Source of the DNA: Diplonema japonicum
Taxonomy: Eukaryota > Protista > Euglenozoa: Diplonemea
Assembly: GCA_964019335.1 (NCBI GenBank)
Contig: OZ025730.1
Span: forward strand, 62,001-126,000
Reading direction: 5' to 3'
Length of the DNA: 64,000 nucleotides
Both the position numbers and the translations under genes were made by a program. The notes beneath the pieces were generated by a model. The model worked only from the letters and a program-made list of their open reading frames with translations. It was not told where the DNA came from and did no database searches. Shown piece by piece: positions 24,113-35,792 of this stretch (its first letter is position 1; the number at the start of each line of letters is the position of its first letter).

Positions 24113-25456
24113 CTAGTCGTCCTTTTTTTCATCAACAGGTTTAGAAGGAAGATCATCCTCGTCGTCCGCTCTCGAAAGCGCAGATGTGCAATAAGCTGCA
24201 AGAATAATGTTCAAAGCACCAGCGAATGTCCAGGGCATGGACAAACCGCCGGTATCGAGGAGGAGCCCTGAAACAGCGGGGGCGATCACACGACAGATAG
24301 CTTCTATATTACCAAAGAGCCCTTGCGCAGCACCGATCTCAGCCTCGTACAGTTTTGTAAACAACGCGGACAAGTTAACTTTGAACAGCGCATCGCCAAG
24401 AGCACCAAGAACCATAATACCACAGAGGGGTTTGAGGGAGTGACATCTAGCTTGTAGGACAAGCGAAGCCCCGCTCATCAACGCTGCGACAGGGAACACA
24501 GTGGACAACGGCACCTTCCGCGACTTCAGAAATTTTTCGATTTTCCCAGACAGGAAAAACAACACAAAAGAGTTCATCCCAGCCTGGTAGGAAACCAAGT
24601 AGCTAGACTCTTTCGAAGTCAGGCTGAACCTCTCCTTCGTCACCATTGTAAACGACGTCTGAACTATTACAACAGACAGAGTACTTAGAAATGACGCCAC
24701 TGCGATTTTCTTCATCAGCACGTTCTTCCACATGTCCTCCCAAAGACCTTTAAACTCTGTCAGAATAGTGCTGAAGATGGGTCTTGCCTCTGTGGGTTGA
24801 TCTTGATCGGGAATTGCATGAGGTGCTTTTTTGTTGGAGTATTCAGATGGCGATAAACCCCGCGCAGCTAATGACGGGCAGACTTGTTTCGTCCCCAACG
24901 ATCCGCCTTTGTCCTCTATTTTGAAATAGCAAAGCAAAAAACCTGTTATGTAGCACACGCTGGAGCATGCCACCGGGTACAAAATAGACTTCGTTGATAA
25001 TATGCCCCCCACAGGCGCACCTATGATAAATGCGATGTTCGTGATAGAAAAAAGCGTTGCGAGGGAATTCGTGCGGGTTTCTGTGGTGGTCTCATCCGTG
25101 ACGAATGCCGTTGCGATGGTCATGGTTTGCTTCACCAAACCGACGATCACCCGAGAGATGCTTAAAAGGACGATTGATTGCACCGTAGCACCGTACCCAA
25201 GCATGGCGTATGCAAGAAACGCACCCATTAAACTTAGCAAAAACACGCTTTTCCGGCCTTTAACATCGCTGATTGCGCCCATCACGGGGCCGCTGAAAAT
25301 CTGTGCAATGCCATACAAGGATCCAACAAACCCGTATGTTGTGTGGCTTAAACCCATTTCCCTGCCGATGATGGGTAGAAGCGGCACCACCATGGCGATG
25401 CCAAGGATGTCAAGAAACACCACCGTGTTCATCCATCGTAGCTGTGCTTTACCCAT
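24113..25456 (-). CDS. Major facilitator superfamily transporter (DHA1/TetA-like)
   Basis: ~12 hydrophobic segments; FLDILGIAMVVPLLP; motif A GAISDVKGRK. Confidence 0.92.
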   Translation of the reverse strand: MGKAQLRWMNTVVFLDILGIAMVVPLLPIIGREMGLSHTTYGFVGSLYGIAQIFSGPVMGAISDVKGRKSVFLLSLMGAFLAYAMLGYGATVQSIVLLSISRVIVGLVKQTMTIATAFVTDETTTETRTNSLATLFSITNIAFIIGAPVGGILSTKSILYPVACSSVCYITGFLLCYFKIEDKGGSLGTKQVCPSLAARGLSPSEYSNKKAPHAIPDQDQPTEARPIFSTILTEFKGLWEDMWKNVLMKKIAVASFLSTLSVVIVQTSFTMVTKERFSLTSKESSYLVSYQAGMNSFVLFFLSGKIEKFLKSRKVPLSTVFPVAALMSGASLVLQARCHSLKPLCGIMVLGALGDALFKVNLSALFTKLYEAEIGAAQGLFGNIEAICRVIAPAVSGLLLDTGGLSMPWTFAGALNIILAAYCTSALSRADDEDDLPSKPVDEKKDD

Positions 25457-25492
25457 TTTTTTTTTCCCTTTTTTTTTTTTCTTTTTTTTTTT

Positions 25493-25768
25493 TTAATATG
25501 CGTCAGGAGGAGGTAGTAATACTTCGGTAGAAGACAGGCATCTTTCTAACACTCCTTCCGTGGGTGGGACGATACGTCTTCTTTTGTTGCTTTCGATGTC
25601 AAGCCGTACGTCACCTGCTAGCCAGAGATCCTCCGAGTTTACCACCGCCCTCCCCCCGTATCTTGCGAAAACGGCTGCACGGGTGTATTCATCCATGACA
25701 GCCTTGTTTGATATTGCTTCTGCCTCTTCGGGTCCGCCCAGCGCTTCGAAATCACATTTGTGGGGCAT
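25493..25768 (-). CDS. Small histone-fold protein, TAF9-like (91 aa)
   Basis: AAVFARYGGRAVVNSEDLWLAGDVR..VPPTEGVLERC..LLPPP parallels the TAF9 pattern DAxxYxxHAxKxxxDxDDVRLA..PPPRxxLLExA..PLP. ATG follows a long A run. Confidence 0.5.
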   Translation of the reverse strand: MPHKCDFEALGGPEEAEAISNKAVMDEYTRAAVFARYGGRAVVNSEDLWLAGDVRLDIESNKRRRIVPPTEGVLERCLSSTEVLLPPPDAY

Positions 25769-26197
25769 TTTTTTTTTTTTTTTTCTTCGTTTTGTTTTTT
25801 TTCTTTGTTTTCTCTCCTCCCCCACCCAAAAAAAAAAAAAAAAAAAAATGGGGCTTTGATTAAAAAAAAGGGCATATTATTATGCATGGTATCATCAAAA
25901 ACCGATCGATCCTAAACCATTAAAATAAAATAGAATAAAAATCATGAGAAGCAGGAAAGAAAAAGACAGGAGAAGGGGGAAGGGACAAAAATGAGTAGGA
26001 GTAAAAAAAAAAAAAGTGACACAAACAGGATAGGAACTTTAGGTTTTCTTTTTTTTTTCGTTTTCTTTGAATGGGGACATAACAAGTATTTAAAAAAAAA
26101 TCGGGGGGGAGAACTATGTAGAGGGGATTTTAAATACTGTCTTTGAAATAAAAAAAAATGATCTCCTCCTTTTTTTTCTTTTTTGATCACTCTCTTA

Positions 26198-26230
<33 letters not shown>

Positions 26231-26398
26231 AAAAGAAAACACTGGCAAAAAAAACAAAAAAAACCTCGAAAAGCTCCATGTAGGCCCTTCGATGTCGAAA
26301 CGATAGTTGTCACTACAAAAAAAAATATATATATATATGTATATATATCAGCCATCAGACTTTTCCAGGGAGGGGAGGGGGGCTGCTTAAGAAATGAT

Positions 26399-26678
26399 TT
26401 ATGCTTTTTTTAGAGGCTTGAGAACAGGGAGGGAAGAGGAATAGCTCCAGTCGTAGAACACAGCAGCAGTAGTTTTTTTCTCTTTCTCATCATTCCGTGC
26501 TTCCATCATTCTGTTGATGAGGAACAAGGACACAGAGTTGCCCTTAACGACCTTTTGTTGTAATTTAACAAAAAAAAAAAAAAATTGCTTCCCACAAACC
26601 TTTTCTAACTCCTTCCAAGTAGTAGAATTGTTAGCAGCACGACGTGTGCCCAACAACGACAAATCAAACGATCGTTTC

Positions 26679-26719
<41 letters not shown>

Positions 26720-26801
26720 CCCTCCCCATTCTCTTTAATACCTCAGCAAGAGTTTCTGTAGGAAGCCTGTCATATGTATTATGGCGAAGATAAGAGTTGT
26801 A

Positions 26802-26839
<38 letters not shown>

Positions 26840-28733
26840 AAAACCACACACACCTCACAAACGAAGGCTTCATCAGTTGATAAAACGGCTGAATCCGATG
26901 CTCGTAACGAGACTCCGGTGTGCAATATCTTTCCCTCCTACCATCGTTAGCACCAAGCAGCCCCGCGTTGATGCAAGCATGGGACATGGCAACAATACCC
27001 TTCAAAGCAAAACCAAGCGTTTCAAGGTACAGAATCTTCTCGTTGGGGGGGGTACGGATCTCCCTTGTGGCGAACACAGGCGGGATTATAGGCTGGTGCT
27101 GCTTCATCTTCTTCGCTTTGCGAAGTGCGGACACTTCTTCCTTTGTAATCTGACGTGTTTTCTGCATGTGTCGAAGGTTTTCCGTCTGGAAGACACCTAT
27201 GTACTGATTGTACCAAAGTACTTCTCGTACCTCTGAAGGGCAGTACAGGTCAAGCTCGAAACCTAGATTCAAAAAGAGAGACATAATGTCTAAAACAGTG
27301 TCGAATACAAACGCGCTCAGCACCACTGTGCGTTGCGCGATCTCTACGGGAGCGGCTCTTTCCATGATGAGGTCGCCATCGAAGACTATGCGGTCGCAGT
27401 CCCACGCCAGCTGCTGGATCAAACCCCAGTCCGCGAATAGATTTGAAAGTTTTCTCCTCAACCTCGCACGGTTGTGCATCAACACGTATATGTACTGCAG
27501 ATACCCTCTCTGACAGCCTTCCAAGAATTTCTTGAAAATTTCGAGGTTATCGTTCTCCCCACCTTCTTGCGGGGTTCCAGGTTTGTTCTGAAGCATTGTA
27601 AGGTTCGTCGGTGTTGATGGGTCTTGCATGAGCTGTTGGAATATAGGCGCACCCATTGATTTTGTTAAGTGGTCCACCACCAGGCTGGACATGGTTACCT
27701 TTTTGAAGACCAACCGGTTTTCATACAGTAAGCACATCAGCCTTGATCTCGAGAGGAGATGCGGCCTCGGCGTCGCCCCGGAAAATTCTTCGCAGTACTT
27801 GACAAGGCTTGTAAGATCTTGGCAGGTTTCCTCAGCGGAACAAATTGTAACGTGTTCCTTTAAAATCTGCTCCCATTTTTCAACAGCTGCAACATAAGTT
27901 GGGTTCGAGGGTGTGTTAGCGATGCAGTGAGACACTACCCAGTGTCGGGCTTCGAGGAAGATCGCGCCTTCCACAGGAGGGGTCGGTTCAGATCCAGTCT
28001 TATGTTCTTTTAACTTCTCAAGGCATGCTTGAGCTTCAATAACTTTCCCGCGTGCCTCGGGGAGCTGCCTGTCGGATAATGCTTGAAAAGCCCTCAATAA
28101 AGTCACCCGAAACATGGCAATTTCAACCATTTTCGATTTAAATCCGTCCGGATCATCTGTCTTTGATAAAGATTCCGCTTCGCGTTCAAGATTTTCCACA
28201 GCATAGCTGATGTACTCTGATGTAGATGGGAATTGCTCGCCGAATGACAGACCGAATGTGAACGGGGCGAATTCTTCCTCCTCGCGGACGTCGGAGGTGA
28301 GAATAACGGAGTTGATAGAGGAGATGGAGGAGCATAGTGCTTCGATGTAAGCATTGAGGAATGGGTTTGTTACTAAGGTGAGCTTGTGGAAGTACACGCA
28401 GGTTAGCATATTTATTACAAGCATGTTGCCTGACAGAAATGAGGCTTCTGCCTCCATCAAGTAATACATGAGATCTAGTGTTTTTTCGTCGTTCAGCTCC
28501 GCGGCGACGGAACCATCCTCTATAACTTCTTCCAGGAATTTTCGCTCCTTGTACCCCACGCCAGCATCCATTTTCGTGTCCATCATTTCGAAAGCGTGCA
28601 TCACCTTCACGAGCTCGAAGTCGCTTGTGCAGACCATTTTCTCGGGTGCCAGCTTTTCTGTTTCTATCTTGAATGCCTCTGTCACATCTTCCCATTCAAT
28701 CTGTTCGCTTTCAGTTGGGTCCGCTCCCCACAT
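26399..28733 (-). CDS. NAA35: NatC auxiliary subunit NAA35/Mak10 (4 exons)
   Basis: WEDVTEAF..MHAFEMMDTKMDAG, VREEEEF, NRARLRRKL, GFELDLY, RYEHRIQPF. Introns 26803-26853, 26681-26741 and 26552-26599 restore a C-terminus (..ELEKVVKGNSVSL..YDWSYSSSLPVLK) resembling known NAA35 ends. Confidence 0.9.
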
Positions 28734-30153
28734 TTTCTTTTTTTTTTGTGTGTTTTTTTTTAATAACCCCCCCCTCCTTTTTTTTTGTTGTGTTTTCTTC
28801 TTTGCGCTGTTTTTTTTTTTCTCCCCCCTTTCTTTTTCTTTTTTCCGTTCCCCCAAAGGGTTTTAAATAAAACAGAACACAAAAAAAAGAGGGGGGGGGG
28901 AAATGATGGTTCTTCGGTGGGCACCCACCAGCGCACCGCAAAAATAGATCGAGTTTTTTTTTTTTTTTTTTTTTTCCATCCCCTTTTGTAGTGGAGTAAG
29001 AGAAGGAGGGGAAAAAAAAATGGGCTAATAAACAATGGAAGAAAAAAAAAAAAAAAAAAAAAAACAGTCATAAAGGGGGGGAAGAGGTGAAGATAAAAAG
29101 AGAAAGGTCGGTAAAAAATGGGGTAAAAAAGAAAAAGAAGAAAAAAATGTTTAATGGAAAAGTGGGTGTGAGCAAGGTCATGGAAGGGGGGGGGGGGGGG
29201 GGGGACTTTTATCCAACAAGAAAAAATGAAAAAAAAAAGCAAAAATCTAATTCCTGTGAAACGAATATATTCCTTGACGAAGTTTACGTCTCACATCAGG
29301 AGAAAAAAAAATTTTTAAAAGCTGAGGTCACATGCACCTCTGCACGGGAGCTGCAGTCCCCTGAATGGTCCTCTCGTGTCTAAAAAATTCAGAAATTCTT
29401 ACCCCCGCTCCTCCGTTTCATTCCTTTTAATTCGTCTCTTCCCTCTTTCTTTGTATCCGCTTTAAAAAAAAAAGAAAAAGAAAAAAAGAAGAAGAAAAAA
29501 AAAACAAGGTGATAAGGAGGTCTTTGTGAAACGCCCCCTATCTGCCGGTAGTTCCCGTAATGAGATACAAAGGAGGAAAAAAAAAAAAAAAAAAAAAAAA
29601 GAGAGAGAGAGAGAGAGAAAGAAACAAACAACATGCACTCCGCTTTTGAAAAAAACGTCGGTTTGCTTTTTTTTTTTTCTTTTTTTTTTTCTCCTTTTTT
29701 TTTGTAAAACATAGGTTCCGTGATTTTTTTTTAAAAATAAATTATAAAATGATAAATCTGATATTGGTCACCACATTTTTGCACCCACCCTTTTCACTTT
29801 TTTTTTTTTTTTTTTTTTTCCAAAACCCTATTTTGACTATTGAACAGACATCCGAGCACATCCCACCACTGAAAGTGAAAATAAGTGCCTGCGTCACAAT
29901 GCTCCGTTTCAGGTGGGACAAGAAAAAAATTCACCCCATTTACCGGGACTTCAGGGGTAAAAACCTTAAAAACGAATTCTGATGACTTCCTAAGCCCCGA
30001 ACCTATGAAAAAAAGAGAAAAAAAAAGAAATAGAACAATTTTTCATGTTGTCGATAAAAATATCGTTTTCTTTCCCCCCCCCCCCCCTCCCCTTTTTTTT
30101 CGCTTCCTCTCTGTTCAAGCAACTACAAAGGAAAAAAAAAAAGAAAAAGAAAA

Positions 30154-30250
30154 AACTAGTTTGGCGCTTCATTTGTTTGTGTGCACGAGCGGGATCTTAC
30201 CTAGAATAAAATAGCTCATTACGCTGCCATCAAACTAGTTTTTAGTCTAC
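30154..30250. repeat. Dispersed repeat family C (AACTAGTT-bounded, ~90 bp)
   Basis: AACTAGTTTGGCG...CGCTGCCATCAA(A)CTAGTT; also at 43318 and 49518. Confidence 0.88.
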
Positions 30251-30275
30251 ACAGACACAATATTAATATAAAAAA

Positions 30276-30328
30276 GAGATGAGATAAAGGAGGTTCCTGT
30301 TTTGGAACGTTCCCCTTGTCTCTACTTA
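30276..30328. repeat. Short dispersed repeat (GAGATGAGATAAAGGAGGTTCC...TGTCTCTACTTA)
   Basis: Near-identical copy at 44021-44072; degenerate copy near 29510-29543. Confidence 0.8.
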
Positions 30329-30604
30329 TCTACCCCTTTCTCCCTTCTGGGGCCTCGGCCTTTCTTTCTTTTTTGGCTGTGTTGCCTTTCTCAAAGTATC
30401 CTTGCCACTTTCTGCCCAGTTTCTTAAGGTCCTTCTTGGTTTTCTCTGATGCAAATACTGGCCTTCTGTTCCATCCCAGACTCTTCTCAAAAAAAAAAAA
30501 AAAAAAAAACAAAAAAAAAATAATAAGCAGGGTCCGGGGTGGGGAATGAAATGTGAGAACTTTTTAAAGACGAGATTAAAAAAAAAAAAAAAAGAAATTA
30601 CAGC

Positions 30605-31065
30605 TCAACACGGTGCTGTCACCACAAATGCCCGCCTCTTTCCAGGGCTGCCGAAAGGCTCTGCTGCGTCCTCTTCCATTGGCTCTACGGAGTGGCACCG
30701 CTTGCCACCGATACCGAACTTCGATTGCCGAGGCTCGACAGGTATCGGGAGGGGTTTGCGCTCATCGTCAATATTCCGTTTTCTCGTGTATTTGACGTTG
30801 GGCTCTTGCAGATTGTGTTCAATATTCTCCAGCATAGCCGGCACACTGGTGTACCCATGAAACTGATGTGACACGAGATACGCCTTTATTTTATCTGCTA
30901 ATTCCATTTTACACATAGTCCTCGACATTAGCAAATCGGCCACTTTGCTCTAAAAAAAGGGGGGGAGTTCTTCGGGAAAAAAAAAAAAAAAAAAAAAAAA
31001 ACATACACTTAGTACTCCCACCTCGCCTGACAGTCTTCTCTCTCGCTTAGCTGATTCCGTTACAA

Positions 31066-31096
<31 letters not shown>

Positions 31097-32178
31097 TTTA
31101 ACTCCACCAAAATTTTCATGGGTGGGAGTGAAAATAAGAATTCACTTTATTTCACCCCTGACTTTATTTTCACGCTCCGGCTTCTAAAAGAAATTAGGCC
31201 CAGGAGTGAAAAAATTCTGATAGCGTTAAAATAAGAAATATTTCACTCCTGGGCCTAATTTAAGCAAAACCCTCCAAAAAGTCCTACCAAGGTTCCTTTG
31301 GGATGGGCACCCGACTGCACAAGAGGCGGACGCAGCAGGGTTCACCCCCTTCCAAGAGTCATACGAAAAGGAGTGGGCACGCTTTTGTGTGTTTCATAAT
31401 TATAGGAAGGAAAAGAAGGGCCCGTCCGAAAGAAGAGGATTCTATTCTCTATTTCAGCGACATGAACAAGCAAGGCCTGCTGCCAGTTCAGTCCGGGCGG
31501 CGTATTCAAGGCTAAACTCGGTTGTGAAGAGGAAGTACAACAAGCAGTTGCACGACCACCCCCGACTAAAGGTCGCCCTCAAGAGGTTCCAAGAAGGCAA
31601 GTCAACAAAAAAGGCGAACATCTTTGCCCAAAAGCAAATAACAGAATTCTTTAGCACCGAGGTATGGCATCGTCCGCCACGCTTATGCAGCGTTGATGTT
31701 CGCAGGAAACATGTGCACCACCGAGGCACATATCCGACACCTGTTGTAATTGGTACCACCTGTACCTCCCACCCACTCAAATTTTGCTGTCGTTAAATAA
31801 AATATCGTATTTGTGAATATAAGATTGATTTCACTTGTGGTGGCAGTTTTGACTCGTTAAACGTTATAACACTCGCTTCGCTCGTGATATAACCGTCATT
31901 ACTTCACTCGCTTCGCTCGTGAAGTAATTACCTCTCGTCAAAACCACTGCCACCACGCGTGAAATCATAGGATCTTATATTCACTAAATAAATAGTTATT
32001 AAATTCTTGGACTAAAAAAAATTACCCTAAAGCTACATAAAGGACACCCAACCCCATATACCTGATTAAACCGATCTTGCCACATTTTATTCCGCATCTC
32101 GAGCTGCTGCTGCTGCTGTTGATATTCATGCATTTGCTGCTGCTGCAGCAGCAGTTGTTGTTGCTGCTGTTGTTCCAT
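30605..32178 (-). CDS. Hypothetical poly-Q protein (3 exons, ~173 aa)
   Basis: Exons 32062-32178 (MEQQQ..RFNQ), 31007-31066 (VVTESAKRERRLSGEVGVLS) and 30605-30949 join in frame via phase-0 GT-AG introns 31067-32061 and 30950-31006. Confidence 0.7.
31094..32001 (+). mobile_element. Crypton-like tyrosine-recombinase transposon, internally deleted, intronic
   Basis: Frameshifted + strand coding (ESYEKEWARF / KEEDSILYF / ASSVRAAYSRLNSVVKRKYNKQLHDHPRLKVALKRFQEGKSTKKANIFAQKQITEFF) resembles the N-terminal core-binding domain of eukaryotic Tyr recombinases. Perfect 20-bp IR at 31192-31211/31241-31260; ~180-bp terminal hairpin 31808-31990 with two CACTCGCTTCGCTCGTG units. Confidence 0.75.
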
Positions 32179-32205
32179 ATTTTTTTTTTTTATTTTATTT
32201 TTCTT

Positions 32206-32248
<43 letters not shown>

Positions 32249-32335
32249 ACTAAACAACAACTCAACAACAACAACAAAAAAAAAACAATACAAAAAAAAA
32301 CTACACCCCCCCCCCCCCCCCCTTCCCTTTTTCTT

Positions 32336-33958
32336 TCAATAAATCGCCAGAACTGCTGAAGAAGGCAATCCCTTCAACACCTCATCATTCTTCACCTCAA
32401 CCCCTGTCGAACCCACAAGGATCCTTCGATAGCTCGGAAGCCGCAACTGAAGCGATACCACCAAAGACGAGTAAGGCGAAGGCTGAGTCAGGTAATGGGT
32501 ATAACTAACAGTTTTGGAAGGGATGTAAGAAACTATGTTAACCAAGGGGTTCGTGGAGAAGGTTATCATAGGTGGGAGAGAAGCCGCAGAAGACACACGA
32601 GAGGGTGCAAATGGTGGTTCAAAAGTCCCAGCCTCCCAACTCTCCAACTTAAACAACCGTAATAGATAGGACTCGAGGGCCTTGCCTTTAAGAAGCAAGG
32701 GAACGGATCCTTCCACCAACCGTCCGTCTTTGCAGAAAACGATGTCAGAGCAGGAGATCTCATGCTCGGTTTCTTGTTGAGATGTTTCATCGAACAGATT
32801 CTCAGAAGCGAAGCCAACGCTCTCCTCAACAACGTAGCTATTTCTTTTAACAATGTCGTCCCAAATCACAGAGAACTTGCTCGCGAACCCCAGACAGTAC
32901 ACCACACCTTCTTGTAGAAAATCTTCAGCCCGTTCAGTTGGGATGTATACCTGCCCGGTATCGTTTAAAAGCGAGAATTCTAACCCGTCGGGCTTCTCTG
33001 CGTTAAAACCCTTCACCGCTTTTTTCGTCAGGTCCGACACGGTCATTTCAGGTGAAATTTGAAACATTTTTGAACACGTGTAAAACGCAACAACGACGGT
33101 GAGGGGTCGGATGGTAACCTCAGTTTGATTCGAGAATATAATACGAGTTGGTGAAATTCCCCATCGAGCTGCGAGCAATGCTGGGAGACAGTCTTCTTTT
33201 GTGTTCTTGTTGAAATGTTCGGGCCATTTGTCTGAAGATCCGATGGGTGTGACTTCCAGAATTGGTTCACCAAGAACCTTCATTTTGAGTTCGGAACCGT
33301 CGTCGATTGCCTCAAACGTGAGGGCAACATCGTTTCCTTCAGAGTTTTCAAATTTGACTTGCACACCCTCCATTTGAAGATCTGTCAGAATCTTCTCTCT
33401 GTTGCTGTGGTGCGTTTCGTTGTGGGATATTTCTATTGTGGTGTTTTTGTCGCCTGATGTTATTTTGACCGTTTTCGTGCTGTTTTTTTTGATCGTTTTT
33501 TCCGATTCGATGTCGTGGAGCTGGGCGTAGCCTTCATCATTTCTTGTAAGAATTCCGTAAGTAATCACGCCTTTCGTTTCGTCAACCAGTTTCAATGTTT
33601 TTATCAGATCTGTTTGGGAAAATACTGTGCCGTCTGCGATCGCCTCGTAGGCTAGTTTTACGTATATTCGCGTGCTTTCTGGGAGCATGACGGGTTTTTT
33701 CAGTTCCTTCACCTCTCCCGGGAGGATCTTCACCTCCTTGTTGTTCACCCGTACCGTCTTGGCCTTGTGTATTTTCACGATTTTGTGTCCCTCCACCCCT
33801 CCTGTTCCCAGATCCTTCCCGTCGATGCCTTTCAGCGCCATGTGTTTGCTGCCCCCAGAGTTTCCCTGCGTACCCACTTTGCTCCAATCCACATTTTTTC
33901 CATACTCCCCGTTTTCATAAACTACTCTAGAGTCGCGGGCTTCTACTATCGTAGGCAT
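32336..33958 (-). CDS. Hypothetical protein, 540 aa
   Basis: Long uninterrupted ORF with coding composition; no family recognised. Confidence 0.8.
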   Translation of the reverse strand: MPTIVEARDSRVVYENGEYGKNVDWSKVGTQGNSGGSKHMALKGIDGKDLGTGGVEGHKIVKIHKAKTVRVNNKEVKILPGEVKELKKPVMLPESTRIYVKLAYEAIADGTVFSQTDLIKTLKLVDETKGVITYGILTRNDEGYAQLHDIESEKTIKKNSTKTVKITSGDKNTTIEISHNETHHSNREKILTDLQMEGVQVKFENSEGNDVALTFEAIDDGSELKMKVLGEPILEVTPIGSSDKWPEHFNKNTKEDCLPALLAARWGISPTRIIFSNQTEVTIRPLTVVVAFYTCSKMFQISPEMTVSDLTKKAVKGFNAEKPDGLEFSLLNDTGQVYIPTERAEDFLQEGVVYCLGFASKFSVIWDDIVKRNSYVVEESVGFASENLFDETSQQETEHEISCSDIVFCKDGRLVEGSVPLLLKGKALESYLLRLFKLESWEAGTFEPPFAPSRVSSAASLPPMITFSTNPLVNIVSYIPSKTVSYTHYLTQPSPYSSLVVSLQLRLPSYRRILVGSTGVEVKNDEVLKGLPSSAVLAIY

Positions 33959-34242
33959 TTTATTTTCGTTTTTTTTTCTTCTTTTTTTCTTTTTTTTTTT
34001 TTTTTATCCCTATTGATTATTCGTTTTGGAAAGAGGAGGAGAAAAAAAAAGAAGAAGAAAAGGGAGAGATCAAGAGAGAGAGAGAGAGAGAAAAGAAGTG
34101 CTACAAAAAAAGAAAAAAAACAAAAAGGTGGGGAGGAATATGCACACTCGAAAGAGTGGCTTGGAAAAGAAGAAGAAGGGCAAAGGCTGTAGTAGAACAA
34201 AAAGCGGCATCTCACAATTGCAAAAGAAAAAATAATTCTTTA

Positions 34243-34365
34243 TGACTATATGTCTTTGTTGTTCGCACGAGCAAAAAAGGTTTTTTAAAAAGCTGCGAAA
34301 ATTTTTTGCTCGGCACAAGTTGCATATAGTTATAAAATCATTTTTTGAAAGATAAATATTTGTAA

Positions 34366-34366
<1 letters not shown>
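34243..34366. repeat. Dispersed repeat family D
   Basis: Least-expanded copy; homologous to 23849, 36625 and 44497. Confidence 0.85.
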
Positions 34367-34415
<49 letters not shown>

Positions 34416-34893
34416 ATGGCATACAAAAGAAAAAGAAAATAAGATTTCTTTTTTTTTTTTTGTATTCTCCTCAAGGTCAAACGGGGGTAAGGGGAAAAAA
34501 AAAAAAAAAAAAAAAAAAAGGCTGTAAAACCTCAGGGAAAAAGAAAAATCGACTTTTTAAGTCAAACAGCGCTCAGTACGACCACCACAGTCATATAAGT
34601 ACATGGGGTGGGGGTGTTCATAGTCAAAAGACACATTGCTGCGCCGGCCACCTCTCAGACACACCGTGCCTGTTGGGTCTGTTTGTGCCTGTGTAACAGT
34701 TGCTCCGCCGCTTGGTAGTGCAATAGATGATGACAGACGGCCGAGGGTTTTTTTGCCTTATTCTTGTCTCTCCGGCTAGCACCGTCACCCTGGCACAGAC
34801 CTCCCTAAAGTGACTCGCTTAAGGGGAGGTATAGTTACCTAAACGGCCAAAAAGTCTTGCTGCCCCCCCCCCCAAAAAAAAAAGAAAGAAAAA

Positions 34894-35792
34894 TTAAGCT
34901 ACAGGCTGGGTAATAATGGGAGGAAGGTACGGGCTCTGTGAGGCACGGAGAGGCCTGAGCTCGGGGAGGGCGGAATGGGTTAGCTGTTCAAATAATCTAA
35001 AAAAAAATTTTTTTTTTTACATACAGGCAAATTCAGCGTCCTTTCAACAGGCTGGCGGCACGGCGCAGGATGGAGCACAGGGAGAGCAGCCTTCGATGTC
35101 GAACAAGGCACGGCATTCAAAGTACTCTTGCCCCGAGGGGTGTTGATGAGCGCTGGCAAAACACCAACAGCCGCCGGCGTTGCCGTCCTTTCGGGCATTG
35201 AACTGCATATCAACGACAGCCTTTTAGTAAGGAATTGTTGAATATCGTGGTACTTGTCCATGAGCTGCCTGTACATAACGTCAGATGCATCAAGGTTTCG
35301 CCTCTGTTGCGCCTGTTCCTTCAGCAGAGCGTCATAGTTAGTCTTAGCGGGAACGGGGATGTTGTCGGTGGGCTCGGATCTCCTCCATGGTTGCTTGCGG
35401 TGAGTTGCTGCTTCTCTCTGTTTCACTTTCCACCAGCGCATGTCGTCTCCCGTGGCTTTCTTTCCAACAATATTGCCAATGCTGGTGGTGAGGTTGGGGA
35501 GGTTTGTGGGTTTTGGCACAGCGAGAGGTTTTCCCTGTTCGAACTTTGACTTCCGTTTTATAAGTGCGAGAAATTTTCGTTTCGCTCTGTTCACCCCCAG
35601 CGTGTGGAGGATGGTCGAACTGAAGTCTTTCACTTGTGTCACGCGAAGCTTTTCGATTTGCAACAGAACCTCATCTTCAAGAAACTTTGAATTGTCAGCT
35701 ATTTGAGACATGTACTGGCTCATGAGGGCCAGCTCCTCTCTGTTTCGAGACATAATCGCATAAGCTTCTTCGTCATCGGGATCCGGCAGCAT
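34894..35792 (-). CDS. Hypothetical protein (~285 aa, 2 exons)
   Basis: ORF 34980-35792 plus predicted intron 34984-35024 (GTATGT..CAG) and an open last exon 34894-34983. Confidence 0.7.

Noticed and set aside
34560-34860. GC-balanced island downstream of the 35792 gene
   Set aside because: No convincing ORF, repeat partner or RNA motif was found.
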